Source: Candidatus Bathyarchaeia archaeon
GTDB taxonomy: Archaea; Thermoproteota; Bathyarchaeia; 40CM-2-53-6
NCBI GenBank assembly: GCA_049513715.1
Contig: JBEKVV010000003.1
Coordinates: 192,001-256,000, forward strand
DNA length: 64,000 nt
Reading direction: 5' to 3'
The position numbers and the translations under genes were made by a program. The notes beneath the pieces were generated by a model. The model did no database searches. It had not been told where the DNA came from and saw only the letters and a program-made list of their open reading frames with translations. Of the stretch, positions 11,117 to 20,715 are shown piece by piece (the first letter of the stretch is position 1; the number at the start of each line of letters is the position of its first letter).

Positions 11117-12004
11117 TTGCGCAGATTCGACATGTACGTTCCAGAGGACCTAGAAGACCTCCTGCAGTACCTGGACGAACATCAGACTGGCTTTCAGTTG
11201 ATTGCGAATGGAAGCGACCTGATCAATCGAATTCAGCGCAAGCAAATTAACCCTAAAACTCTTGTCGACATTTCCGGGCTATCCGAGTTCAACTATGTTC
11301 GAAAGGAAGGCAGCACGATAAAGATAGGAGCCCTAACGACCATCTCTGACCTCTTGTCATCTCCCGTTATAGACTCGCGGCATGAGGTCTTCAGAGAAGT
11401 TGCCGCAAGATTCGGTGGCCCCTCAATCATAAATGTGGCAACTGTTGGCGGCAACGTCTGTGCTGCATCATCCTCCGAGGACCTATTGCCGGTCTTCCTC
11501 GTTTTGGAGGCGAAAGTGAAACTTCGGAGCAAGCACGGCGAGCGTACCGTCACGCTCGAAGAGTTTCTGAAGGGAAAGAGGCTTACCGATCTTAGACCAA
11601 ACGAAATCCTTACCGAGGTTATGTTTGAAGAACTTGACGATAACTCGGCGTGCGCTTTCGAGAAGGTTGGAATGCGAAATTCATTGATAATTGCTTTCGT
11701 CAATTCTGCGGTACGTTTGACACTTGAAAAGGGGTCGAAGCGTGTCGTGGACATTCGGATCGCTTTCAACCGAGTGAACGGCAAAATCCCGCAGCGAGCT
11801 AGGAAGGTTGAAGAGAAGTTGCGGGGTGCGGCTCTAACCGAGGAGAACATCGCGGCCGCCGTCGCTTCGTTGAATAGTGAATTGAAACTTAGCTCCGATT
11901 TCAGGGCGTCCGGTGAATACCGCACAAATGTGGCTTGTGCGCTGTTCAAGCGCGCGCTGAACAGGTGTACTGAGAAACTAATTGGAGAGACCATAATTGT
12001 CTAA
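11117..12004 (+). CDS. Xanthine dehydrogenase family FAD-binding subunit (set 2)
   Basis: ANGSDL, ATVGGN, SDFRASGEYR. Confidence 0.9.
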   Translation: MRRFDMYVPEDLEDLLQYLDEHQTGFQLIANGSDLINRIQRKQINPKTLVDISGLSEFNYVRKEGSTIKIGALTTISDLLSSPVIDSRHEVFREVAARFGGPSIINVATVGGNVCAASSSEDLLPVFLVLEAKVKLRSKHGERTVTLEEFLKGKRLTDLRPNEILTEVMFEELDDNSACAFEKVGMRNSLIIAFVNSAVRLTLEKGSKRVVDIRIAFNRVNGKIPQRARKVEEKLRGAALTEENIAAAVASLNSELKLSSDFRASGEYRTNVACALFKRALNRCTEKLIGETIIV

Positions 12005-12470
12005 GCATTTGCTGAAACTCAATGTAAACGGGAAAGAACACGCGATGATGGTTGAATCCCATGAGCGGCTGTTGGATGTCCTGCGGAATCGGTTGGGGTT
12101 GAGGGGAACGAAAGAGGGGTGCAGCACCGGTGACTGCGGCATCTGCGCCGTACTGATGAATGGACGCTTGGTCAACTCCTGTCTGATCCTCGCCATTCAG
12201 GCACGCAACAAGCGAATTACAACCATCGAGGGCATTGGGACAGAGGAAAAACTGCATCCCATCCAGCGAGCCTTCATGAAATGGAACGCCTCTCAGTGCG
12301 GATTCTGTATACCGGCCATGATCCTCGCCGCCAAGGACCTGGTGGACAGGAACCCTGATCCCACTGAGGACGAGATTAGGAAGGCCACTAGTGGGATTCT
12401 GTGCAGATGCACGGGTTACGTCAAAATCGTCGAGGCTGTGAAAACCGCGGCCCAAGAGATGAAGAAGTGA
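11997..12470 (+). CDS. Xanthine dehydrogenase family 2x[2Fe-2S] subunit (set 2)
   Basis: GCSTGDCGIC...C and QCGFC...CRC. Confidence 0.92.
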   Translation: MSKHLLKLNVNGKEHAMMVESHERLLDVLRNRLGLRGTKEGCSTGDCGICAVLMNGRLVNSCLILAIQARNKRITTIEGIGTEEKLHPIQRAFMKWNASQCGFCIPAMILAAKDLVDRNPDPTEDEIRKATSGILCRCTGYVKIVEAVKTAAQEMKK

Positions 12471-12476
12471 GAACTC

Positions 12477-14792
12477 ATGGTTGAGCAAACAACCATCCAG
12501 AATCTTTCCAAGGGACGACAACTAGTAGTCGTCGGCAAGAGCGTTGAACGAGTCGACGCGGTCGATAAGGTTCTTGGGAAACCAATCTACACCATGGATA
12601 TCGTTCCTGAGAACGCCCTGCACTTGAAAGTGGTTCGGTCGAGTGTAGCGCACGCCCGGTTGAAGCGGGTCGATTTGTCTGGGGCGCGTGAATTCCCTGG
12701 CGTAGTGGCTGTGGTCACGGCTCAGGATATACCTGGAATAAACGAGTCGACGGCCCTGCTCCCGGACAAGCCATTGTTGGCGACCGATAGGGTGAGGTTT
12801 GTAGGGGAGCCGATCGCCGTAATCGCATCTTATGATCAATCAATTGCTGAGGAAGCGGTTGACTTGGTCAAGGTTGAGTATGAGCCGTTGCCCGCAGTGT
12901 ACTCACCAGTTGAAGCAATGAAAGCGAACGCTCCTAAAATCCACGAAGGGGGAAACGTTGCTAAACACATGAAGTTGCGCAAGGGCAATGTTGAAGACGG
13001 CTTCAACCAAGCGGACCTCATTGTTGCGGGCACCTATAATTCGCAATTCCAAGAACCCGTCCCTCTTGAACCTGAAGCAGGTTTTGTTATCCCCGAATCG
13101 GACGGCTCAGTTACGTGTGTTGGTTCCATACAAAGCCCATTTCATGTGCAAACTGGAATGGCCAAAATCCTTTCGCTACGGCCCGAGCAAGTGCGAGTGA
13201 TTCAGGCCGTCACGGGAGGAGCTTTCGGCCCGAAATCAGACGAGATTCCCCTTGACATTTTCGGCATGGCCGCACTAGTCGCCGTGAAGACAGGAAAGCC
13301 TGCGGCGTTGGCGTACACACGGGAGGAGTCCATGATCGGCCACACCAAACGCCACCCATTCATAATCAACTTGAAAGCAGGCGTGAAGAAGACCGGCAAG
13401 CTTACTGCTTGGGAAGCTGAAATGATCGCGGACACCGGTGCGTACGCTTCGCTCGGGCCGCTCGTCATTATTCGCGCGCTCTTCCACGCTACCGGACCAT
13501 ACGTGATCCCGCACGTGAAAACTGATTCCTATTGCGTATACACGAACAACACTATGGCAGGTTCATTTCGTGGCTTCGGCGGGCCACAAGCACATTTCGC
13601 AGCAGAATCACACATGGACGAGATTGCGAAAAAGCTCGGCATGGACCCAGTGGAACTACGCTTGTTGAACATTCTAAGGCCGGGGGAATTGATGGCTACA
13701 AGCCAAGTCGTTGATGAGGCCTGCGGCCTGGAGGAATGCGTGAATAGGGCTAGAGATGAATCCGGCTGGTACAAGAAGCGAGAGCAATTCAGCAAAATGC
13801 ATGGGACGATGAGGAAAGGCCTTGGCATCGCGATCATGTACCACGGCAACAGCCTAGGCCCGGAAGGTAGTGACTACGCCGCAGTGCACATGCATATCGA
13901 CAGAGACGGTACAGTGCACCTCAGAACCGGGCTCACAGAATACGGAACTGGTGCGACTTCCGGTTTGCTTCAGATTGCGGCAGAGGTCATGCACCTTCCG
14001 ATGAGTTACTTCAGGCTCGAACCACCCGACACTAAGTACTGCTCGGACACGGGACCGACGGTAGCCTCGCGGACCATCACTATCGGTGGGCGGGCTTCCC
14101 AAATGGTTTCTGGAAAACTCGACCGGAAACTCCGGGGGGTTGCAGCAGAGAAACTTCGCTGCAATGTTGACGAAGTAGAATCGAGCAACGGGGCCTATTT
14201 TGTGAACACTGACGCGAAACGTTCCGTGCCGTACCTCGACGTAGTCAAATGGGCCTACGAACATGGGGGAGCGCTCAAAGACGCTGGGACATTCACTGCT
14301 CCGAAATGTGAGTACGACCCGGAAACAAGCCAAGGAACCACCTACCTGCAGTACACATATGGTGCTGTCACCGCAGAGGTGGAAGTTGATACTGAAACTG
14401 GACGCGTGCAAGTCAACAAGATGGTGACCGCTTACGATGTCGGGAAGACCATCAACCCACTATCACTTGTAGGCCAGATTGAGGGTGGAACGGTGCAGGG
14501 CTTAGGTTACGGTTTGATGGAGGAGTTGGTTCACAAGAATGGTGTAGTCGTCAACCCCAACCTAGCTGACTACTACATACCCACATCTATGGACATACCC
14601 GAAATCAGAACCATAATCGTCGAATACCCCGGCCATCTCGGACCCTACGGGGCCAAGGCAATAGGCGAGCCACCAGTAGTCCTTCCGGCTGCAGCAATCG
14701 TAAACGCCATAGACAACGCAATCGGTGTCAGGCTGACGCAGATACCTGCAACCCCAGACAGAGTCCTCATGGCCATCAAGAACAAGGCTTGA
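12477..14792 (+). CDS. Xanthine dehydrogenase family molybdopterin-binding subunit (set 2)
   Basis: GGAFGPK, RALFH, SFRGFG, GQIEGG, AKAIGE motifs. Confidence 0.93.
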   Translation: MVEQTTIQNLSKGRQLVVVGKSVERVDAVDKVLGKPIYTMDIVPENALHLKVVRSSVAHARLKRVDLSGAREFPGVVAVVTAQDIPGINESTALLPDKPLLATDRVRFVGEPIAVIASYDQSIAEEAVDLVKVEYEPLPAVYSPVEAMKANAPKIHEGGNVAKHMKLRKGNVEDGFNQADLIVAGTYNSQFQEPVPLEPEAGFVIPESDGSVTCVGSIQSPFHVQTGMAKILSLRPEQVRVIQAVTGGAFGPKSDEIPLDIFGMAALVAVKTGKPAALAYTREESMIGHTKRHPFIINLKAGVKKTGKLTAWEAEMIADTGAYASLGPLVIIRALFHATGPYVIPHVKTDSYCVYTNNTMAGSFRGFGGPQAHFAAESHMDEIAKKLGMDPVELRLLNILRPGELMATSQVVDEACGLEECVNRARDESGWYKKREQFSKMHGTMRKGLGIAIMYHGNSLGPEGSDYAAVHMHIDRDGTVHLRTGLTEYGTGATSGLLQIAAEVMHLPMSYFRLEPPDTKYCSDTGPTVASRTITIGGRASQMVSGKLDRKLRGVAAEKLRCNVDEVESSNGAYFVNTDAKRSVPYLDVVKWAYEHGGALKDAGTFTAPKCEYDPETSQGTTYLQYTYGAVTAEVEVDTETGRVQVNKMVTAYDVGKTINPLSLVGQIEGGTVQGLGYGLMEELVHKNGVVVNPNLADYYIPTSMDIPEIRTIIVEYPGHLGPYGAKAIGEPPVVLPAAAIVNAIDNAIGVRLTQIPATPDRVLMAIKNKA

Positions 14793-14851
14793 AAAAATGA
14801 TTATATGGGCCCTGACCGCAGTCCCCTCCAAGGCAAAGGAGCCAACTTCGC

Positions 14852-15697
14852 ATGAGTAACATCTACCAAAAGATCAGCGAGTTGCTTCACAATCAGGAGA
14901 CCTTTGCCTTAGCGACCATTGTGAACTACAAAGGCTCAGTTCCCCGCCGAGTTGCCAAGATGATCGTCACCAAAGACCTCAAGACATACGGGACGATTGG
15001 CGGAGGTTGCGTCGAAGGCCAAGTAGCCGAAGAAGCAGCCCTTATGCTGCGCGAGGGAACTAGCGGTGTTGTTACAAAGTCATATGATCTGGTGGAAGAA
15101 GAATTCGGGGGAGTAGGCATGAGCTGCGGCGGCAAGATTGACGTGGCAGTGGAAATCGTTGAACCTGACCCCAGGCTTATTGTCGCAGGAAGCGGTCACT
15201 TGTCTTCTGCGATCGCTAGGCTTGGACGTGTGCTCGATTTTGACGTCATCGTAATCGACCCGATGGCGAAGAAGGAGAAGTTCCCTGAAGCTCGCGTCGT
15301 CATTTCAGATTTCGTGGAGAACAACCTACCTAACATCCCCACGTCGACGAACACGTACATTGTGATTGTTACAAGGCATAAGGACGACTTGCCAGCCTTG
15401 AGAGCCGCCCTCAAAACCAAAGCCACCTACATTGGGTTAATCGGAAGCCGGCGAAGAGTTCTGCAGGGATTCCGGATTCTCAACAAAGAAGGTTACAGCG
15501 AGCAGGAGCTCAGCAGGGTGAATGCTCCCATTGGGTTGGACATCGGCGCCGAAACGCCTGACGAGATAGCGGTCAGCATCATGGCTGAAATAATCCAGCG
15601 CCGCAGGCTGGGGGCAAGCAAGCCTGCAGAGCCCATGAAGGTCGAATTGGCATCATTGAAGTCAATTCCGCAAGATGCGGAGACTCCCAAACAGTAG
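14852..15697 (+). CDS. xdhC: XdhC/CoxF family Moco-insertion accessory protein
   Basis: GSVPR, GTIGGGCVE, CGG, YIGLIGSRR, PIGLDIGAETPDEIAVSI. Confidence 0.9.
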   Translation: MSNIYQKISELLHNQETFALATIVNYKGSVPRRVAKMIVTKDLKTYGTIGGGCVEGQVAEEAALMLREGTSGVVTKSYDLVEEEFGGVGMSCGGKIDVAVEIVEPDPRLIVAGSGHLSSAIARLGRVLDFDVIVIDPMAKKEKFPEARVVISDFVENNLPNIPTSTNTYIVIVTRHKDDLPALRAALKTKATYIGLIGSRRRVLQGFRILNKEGYSEQELSRVNAPIGLDIGAETPDEIAVSIMAEIIQRRRLGASKPAEPMKVELASLKSIPQDAETPKQ

Positions 15698-15813
15698 ACT
15701 CCACGCAGCAACTCACCGATCTCAGTTTCTGCTAACTGGTCTTGAGTCATTAGATCCTGGATACAACCACCAAGCAGACTTCGGACTGATTATCCTCGCC
15801 GCCCGAGCGAGAT

Positions 15814-16104
15814 TCAAGCGGATGATGGTTTGGTGCGGCTTCTCATATTCACCAAGTATGTAGCAGCGCTCGAGATTACGAGGGCAACGACGACCCAGGA
15901 TCCGATGTCTTCAACCAACCCGTCCCAGAGTATGTGCTGCTCTGGCATGGGGATAACTTGCAGCCTCCAGGGGACTGGAAAGCCCCGCATTACGACATCA
16001 ATTCCAATGTGGGGTTGGGGTGTCAGAAAGAGGCCTGACACCAAAGCAACTACAACGCCTAGAACAACAGAAAAGACCGCTGCACCCTTCATGTTTAGGT
16101 TCAC
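15814..16104 (-). CDS. Small membrane protein, 2 TM
   Basis: Two hydrophobic helices around RGFPVPW. Confidence 0.55.
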   Translation of the reverse strand: MNLNMKGAAVFSVVLGVVVALVSGLFLTPQPHIGIDVVMRGFPVPWRLQVIPMPEQHILWDGLVEDIGSWVVVALVISSAATYLVNMRSRTKPSSA

Positions 16105-16203
16105 GTTTCTCGGCTCCTGATTTGATTCTGTCTTAGGCGGCTATTTAGCCGATATTTCTGAACATGTGTTCTAACCATTCGAACGCTCAGGAGAGTTTTT
16201 ACG

Positions 16204-16219
16204 TACTACATCCATAGTA
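16204..16219. promoter_or_regulatory. Probable BlaI-type autoregulatory operator TACTAC-N4-ATAGTA
   Basis: TACTA/TAGTA inverted repeat between a T-rich TATA-like element and the blaI ATG. Confidence 0.6.
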
Positions 16220-16237
16220 GGTTAACGTGCTTCGAGC

Positions 16238-16612
16238 ATGTCATTGGGAGACCTGCAAGCAGACATCCTAGGTGCCCTGCAGAGACTAAGGAAGGCAACC
16301 GCCAGGGACATTATGGAGGAAGTGGGGGGCGAGAAGCATTTGGCGTACACAACAGTGAGCACAGTCCTAGACCGATTGCACCGAAAAGGGCTGGTCAGAA
16401 GGACTAGAGTCAAAGGAAGAGGGGGAGCCAAATATCTCTACTCGTACGCAGCCCCCATCGGTATGCGCTCCAACCTAGTAGATAGGGCGGTAGCCCAGCT
16501 GGTTAACGCCTTCGGCCCGTCCATCGTTCCAACAATTTACGATAGCCTAGAGCAAATATCAAAGGAAGATGTCAGTGAATTAAAGAGGAAGGTAGCAAGA
16601 GCACGAAGGTAG
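16238..16612 (+). CDS. BlaI/MecI/CopY family transcriptional repressor
   Basis: LAYTTVSTVLDRLHRKGLVRR winged-HTH signature. Confidence 0.9.
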   Translation: MSLGDLQADILGALQRLRKATARDIMEEVGGEKHLAYTTVSTVLDRLHRKGLVRRTRVKGRGGAKYLYSYAAPIGMRSNLVDRAVAQLVNAFGPSIVPTIYDSLEQISKEDVSELKRKVARARR

Positions 16613-16618
16613 CCAAGC

Positions 16619-17515
16619 TTGAGCTTAACTGCGATTTACGGCGCCTACTTTAGCGACTTTGGTACACTCGCTGCCCTAGCGCTACCACTGCTCACACTTG
16701 CGATTCTGTTTGTGCTGTTCAAGAGAACAAGTAGCCCTAGGGCGCGGTCTTGGGACCTTGGCCTCATGCTTATCTCTTCCATTTTCCTGTGGGTCTTCAT
16801 CGCCGTTAGCCTAATCCTCTGTTTCGCTTTCGCAGAAACATACGAGTACCAAATAGCAGCAGGCATACGCGCCGTTTTTGGAAGAGCCTTGCTGGTCGGA
16901 ATCGTCGCGGCTCTCCCCTTCTCGTTTCTGTTGCGTGAGATCTCTCCCCAGATCACTTTGGCAAGAGTAAAACGCCTAACAATTCCAGAGAAAGAGATTG
17001 CGAATTCCTTTGATGTTCTCCGCAGAAGAATGGGGATTACATCCGCTGAGTTGCGGCTCTCTAAATCCCGCGCCCCCGTTTCTTTCGCCATTCAGACTGA
17101 CAAGCCGATCGTCGTGATGTCTGAAAGTCTCCTCTCCTTGCTGAAGGATGATGAGATTGAGGCGGTGATGGCTCATGAATTGGCGCACATCAGAAACTCG
17201 GATACTACCCTCAAAGCGTTAGTTACCGCGTACAAGACTGCGCTACCTCACGATCCAATAATCCGCCTGGTGGAAGCCGCATTTCATAGGGAAAGAGAGA
17301 TGGTGGCTGACGAGACAGCTGCCGAAATCACAAAGAAACCGTTGTCGCTTGCATCAGCCTTGTTGAAAATCTATGAGGCCTTCCCCAAGAGCAACCTTCC
17401 GTCTTTGGGAACATTGTCGATTCTCGGAGCTGGGTCAACGTTGATGAGCCGCCACCCGCCAATCCGCCACCGAATTAGCCACCTTATCAATTTGGCAGAC
17501 ATCCACCATCAGTAA
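16619..17515 (+). CDS. M56/M48 membrane zinc metallopeptidase (BlaR1-like, no penicillin-binding domain)
   Basis: 3 N-terminal TMs, AVMAHELAHI, REMVAD, HPP..R. Confidence 0.85.
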   Translation: MSLTAIYGAYFSDFGTLAALALPLLTLAILFVLFKRTSSPRARSWDLGLMLISSIFLWVFIAVSLILCFAFAETYEYQIAAGIRAVFGRALLVGIVAALPFSFLLREISPQITLARVKRLTIPEKEIANSFDVLRRRMGITSAELRLSKSRAPVSFAIQTDKPIVVMSESLLSLLKDDEIEAVMAHELAHIRNSDTTLKALVTAYKTALPHDPIIRLVEAAFHREREMVADETAAEITKKPLSLASALLKIYEAFPKSNLPSLGTLSILGAGSTLMSRHPPIRHRISHLINLADIHHQ

Positions 17516-17639
17516 CGTGCATGGCTTGCCGAGCGTTTCAGGGACTCATCTAGAGGCGTGAATGAACCCCCCTGGCCGTTGTACGATATGCCCCGTGCCG
17601 TATTGCAGCCAGGCGGCTACATCTACATCTAAGTTCGGT

Positions 17640-18485
17640 TTACTGCGAACGCTGATCCTTCTGATCTTTCTTTTCTTTGGCGAGCTCTTGGATGCTGGTT
17701 ATCCCAAGCGGTGGAAATCCCAGCGATACGCCTGCGGTGGGTGTGTTTGTGGGCACAAGCATGAGTGTGCCTTTACTTTGTAAGCCAAGTTCGTAAAGGA
17801 TGTTCATCCAGCGCAATTCCAAAGCTCGCACGTTCTTATCGTAAAGGTTGGCTGCGTCCACCATCTTCTGAGCCGCCTCGTACTCAGCCATCGCAAGTGT
17901 TACTCTTGCCCGGCGTTCTCGTTCTGCTGAAGCCTGTCGTGACATCGCTTCTTGAAGCATTCCAGGAATCGCAATATCCTTAATCTCAACCGAGGCGACC
18001 TTGATTCCCCAACGCTCTGTCTTTTCGTCGATAATGTTTCGGGATTCGACTCCTACCTTTTCACGTTCAGTTAACAGTTCGTCGAAACTTGCTTTACCGA
18101 TGACTTCTCTCAGTGTTGTCTGCGCTGCCAAGGTTGTTGCCTCAAGATATCTCTCAACGTTCAGAATCACTTTCTCCACATCTATCGCCTGAAAGAACAT
18201 AATGGCGTCCACATTGACTGGCACGTTGTCTTTCGTTAACGTCTGCTCAGTTCTGAAAGGAACGGTTTGTACCCGCATCGAAACGATGTTGGGTATCCTG
18301 TCGACAAATGGAATTATGTAGAATAATCCCGGACCTTTCAGTCCCGTAAAGCGGCCCAGGCGAAGTACTGGGGCGCGTTCCCATTCTCTGATAACTCTGA
18401 TACCTGATGCAAATACGATTATGATGAAGAGGAGGAGGATAATCCCAGCAATTAATTCTGGTGTGATAATGTCTTCTAACGCCAT
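17640..18485 (-). CDS. SPFH/band-7 (stomatin-like) protein
   Basis: RLGR..G..GPGL, TKDNV, AQTTLR, WGIKV, AMSRQA.AERERRA. Confidence 0.92.
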   Translation of the reverse strand: MALEDIITPELIAGIILLLFIIIVFASGIRVIREWERAPVLRLGRFTGLKGPGLFYIIPFVDRIPNIVSMRVQTVPFRTEQTLTKDNVPVNVDAIMFFQAIDVEKVILNVERYLEATTLAAQTTLREVIGKASFDELLTEREKVGVESRNIIDEKTERWGIKVASVEIKDIAIPGMLQEAMSRQASAERERRARVTLAMAEYEAAQKMVDAANLYDKNVRALELRWMNILYELGLQSKGTLMLVPTNTPTAGVSLGFPPLGITSIQELAKEKKDQKDQRSQ

Positions 18486-18496
18486 TTATCGAGCCT

Positions 18497-19870
18497 TCAG
18501 GTTTGGGTTTGCTGGTGCTTGACTCTTAAGATTAGCCCTTCCCTGCCAACTATTTCGACCGATTCGCCCTCCTTCACGGTGCCCATGACGGATTCGGCTT
18601 TCCAGGTTTGACCCTCGACTCTAACCTCGCCGCGAGGTGAAAGCACTGAAACCGCTATGCCTATTTTGCCGGTGAACTGCTCAGGGCCGACCTTTACTTT
18701 CATCCGTCTTGCTTGAGCCACTTTGTAGACGACGACCCCGAACATCCCTGACATTACGAGTGCAACTGCGACCAGAGTCTGCCTAGCAGAGGTGACCGCC
18801 CTCGCGGAGAGTAGCTCCCAGCCGGGTAGTGGAAACGCCAAGAAGCTTCCGAGGATAATCACTCCAATTCCGGCGAGAGCGAAGATTCCGATGTGCGTTT
18901 TGATTTCGATGAGCGTGAGGGCGATTCCGAGGACGAACAGGAGAATCGCGGCTGCGTTGATGCCGATGATTCCGTATCCGAGGAGGGCGAGGAACACCAT
19001 CAGTCCCCCCGCTATCTCGAGCCCAAAACCAGGCGTCTTGAACCCAATTACCACTGCATAGAGGCCGACGAGAAATAGCACGGTGGCTATGAGGGGGTTC
19101 GAGAGCACCTGAAGCAGCATGATGCTGATTCCTGGGTTGTAAGTGTACGAGCTCGCTTGAGACATTCCTGAGAAATCGTAGCTTTGGGTGTACGGATAGC
19201 CGCTGATGGAATTACTCATCACGAGTTTCCATGCAGATGTACCCGCCCCGGTTGCGGTTAGAATGAGCGTGTAGGGTTCAAGTTGAGAGAGCAGGCTTTG
19301 CAGAGTGTCTGCGGCGAACTCAATGACATGGTACCTCAACGCTTCTTCAGGGCCGAGGTTGATGTTCTTCGTGATGAATTCTTGTGCGATTGTCTCATTT
19401 CTGCTATGAAGGCGAGCGTTGTTAACCATGAGTCCGGAAAGGGCGTTGATGAACTTTGAATCATTCAGAACTTGACCGGTTGAAGTATCCGGTTGCGCTG
19501 ACCCAATAGTTGTACCCGACGCCATGACTGCAATGTGGGACGCCATGAGAATGTATGTCCCACCACTCCAAGCTGTAGCCCCAGACGGGGTAACCCAAAC
19601 AACCACGGGTATAGGGGAGCTGTTGAAATCATTCATTATTTTTGTAACTGAGCCAACATCGCCGCCTGGCGTATTCAGCTCGTAGACAATTAGACGAGCC
19701 CCCCCAGCACTGGCCTCGGCAATGGAACGCGAAACCAACTCTACCGTGGGCTGCGAGATGTCTGAGCTTATCCGAACGACCAAGACGCTTCCAGGAGTTG
19801 CCCAAATAGCTGGTTGAAACCCAAGAACCAATACTGTTGCTAGGAGGACCGCGAAGAGGATAAGCCTCAT
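18497..19870 (-). CDS. nfeD: NfeD family membrane-bound serine protease
   Basis: LNTPGG, SGG, GSAQP, TM region, C-terminal OB domain (GEVRVEGQTW); operon with SPFH gene. Confidence 0.9.
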   Translation of the reverse strand: MRLILFAVLLATVLVLGFQPAIWATPGSVLVVRISSDISQPTVELVSRSIAEASAGGARLIVYELNTPGGDVGSVTKIMNDFNSSPIPVVVWVTPSGATAWSGGTYILMASHIAVMASGTTIGSAQPDTSTGQVLNDSKFINALSGLMVNNARLHSRNETIAQEFITKNINLGPEEALRYHVIEFAADTLQSLLSQLEPYTLILTATGAGTSAWKLVMSNSISGYPYTQSYDFSGMSQASSYTYNPGISIMLLQVLSNPLIATVLFLVGLYAVVIGFKTPGFGLEIAGGLMVFLALLGYGIIGINAAAILLFVLGIALTLIEIKTHIGIFALAGIGVIILGSFLAFPLPGWELLSARAVTSARQTLVAVALVMSGMFGVVVYKVAQARRMKVKVGPEQFTGKIGIAVSVLSPRGEVRVEGQTWKAESVMGTVKEGESVEIVGREGLILRVKHQQTQT

Positions 19871-19960
19871 GTTGCCTGCGTCTCCATGCAATTTCAGGGA
19901 CAGCTTCCTTTAAAGTGTGCTTCAATTCAGTCGGAAGGGCGACCTGAAGAGATCGAAATA

Positions 19961-20638
19961 ATGTCCATCAAGGTAACATTGACGCGGCCGACACGAAGAA
20001 TGCAGGCAGCGATGCTTGCGACGATTGGCAGGCGTTTTCCTGTCAAAGTTTGGAAACCGGGTCCGCCGTTTGAAACGCTAATCCACACTATACTGTCCCA
20101 GAACACGAACGACCGCAACAGCGACGCCGCCATGAGGAAACTTCGAATGCGGTACAAGATAACCCCAGCCGTGCTAGCAAAGGCGAATGTTGCTGATTTA
20201 ATTCCGTGTATTCGCTCTGCTGGGCTGTATAGGTCCAAAGGACCGAGAATCAAGGAAGTCTCAAGAATCATTCAAGAAGAGTATGGGGGGCGGTTGGCGC
20301 CGATTCTCGATTTGCCGTACGCGAAAGCGAAGGAGAGTTTGATGACGCTGCCAGGTGTTGGGCCGAAGACTGCGGATATCTTGCTTGCTTTTTGTGCAGA
20401 GCATCCCGTAATACCGGTGGACACACATGTCACCCGCGTAACGAAACGGCTGGGAATTGCGCCGAAAAACGCAACATATGAAAAAGTCCGCACAAGTCTT
20501 GAAGCGCTAATCCAACCAAAAAGAAGAATCCCACTACACCTGTCCATAATCGCGTTTGGTCGGGAAATTTGTAGGGCACCTAGACCTCGTTGCCCGAATT
20601 GTCCGGTGAACCGCACATGCCCGAGCAGCACCGTTTAA
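19961..20638 (+). CDS. nth: Endonuclease III
   Basis: ILSQNTND, HhH LPGVGPKTAD, VDTH, C-x6-C-x2-C-x5-C FeS motif. Confidence 0.92.
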   Translation: MSIKVTLTRPTRRMQAAMLATIGRRFPVKVWKPGPPFETLIHTILSQNTNDRNSDAAMRKLRMRYKITPAVLAKANVADLIPCIRSAGLYRSKGPRIKEVSRIIQEEYGGRLAPILDLPYAKAKESLMTLPGVGPKTADILLAFCAEHPVIPVDTHVTRVTKRLGIAPKNATYEKVRTSLEALIQPKRRIPLHLSIIAFGREICRAPRPRCPNCPVNRTCPSSTV

Positions 20639-20715
20639 CATAAAATCTACTGAAAACCAATCGCAATAACTCTTTTTAGTACATGGCATGCGCACGAATA
20701 GAACAAGGTGGACTC

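Noticed and set aside
11293..11994. Long antisense ORFs (also 44990-45589, 8821-9390, 13854-14411 and others)
   Set aside because: They shadow well-conserved genes on the opposite strand and have no recognisable motifs
8536..14792. Aerobic CO dehydrogenase (coxL) assignment
   Set aside because: The active-site loops are AFRGFG and SFRGFG, not AYxCSFR or AYxGAGR
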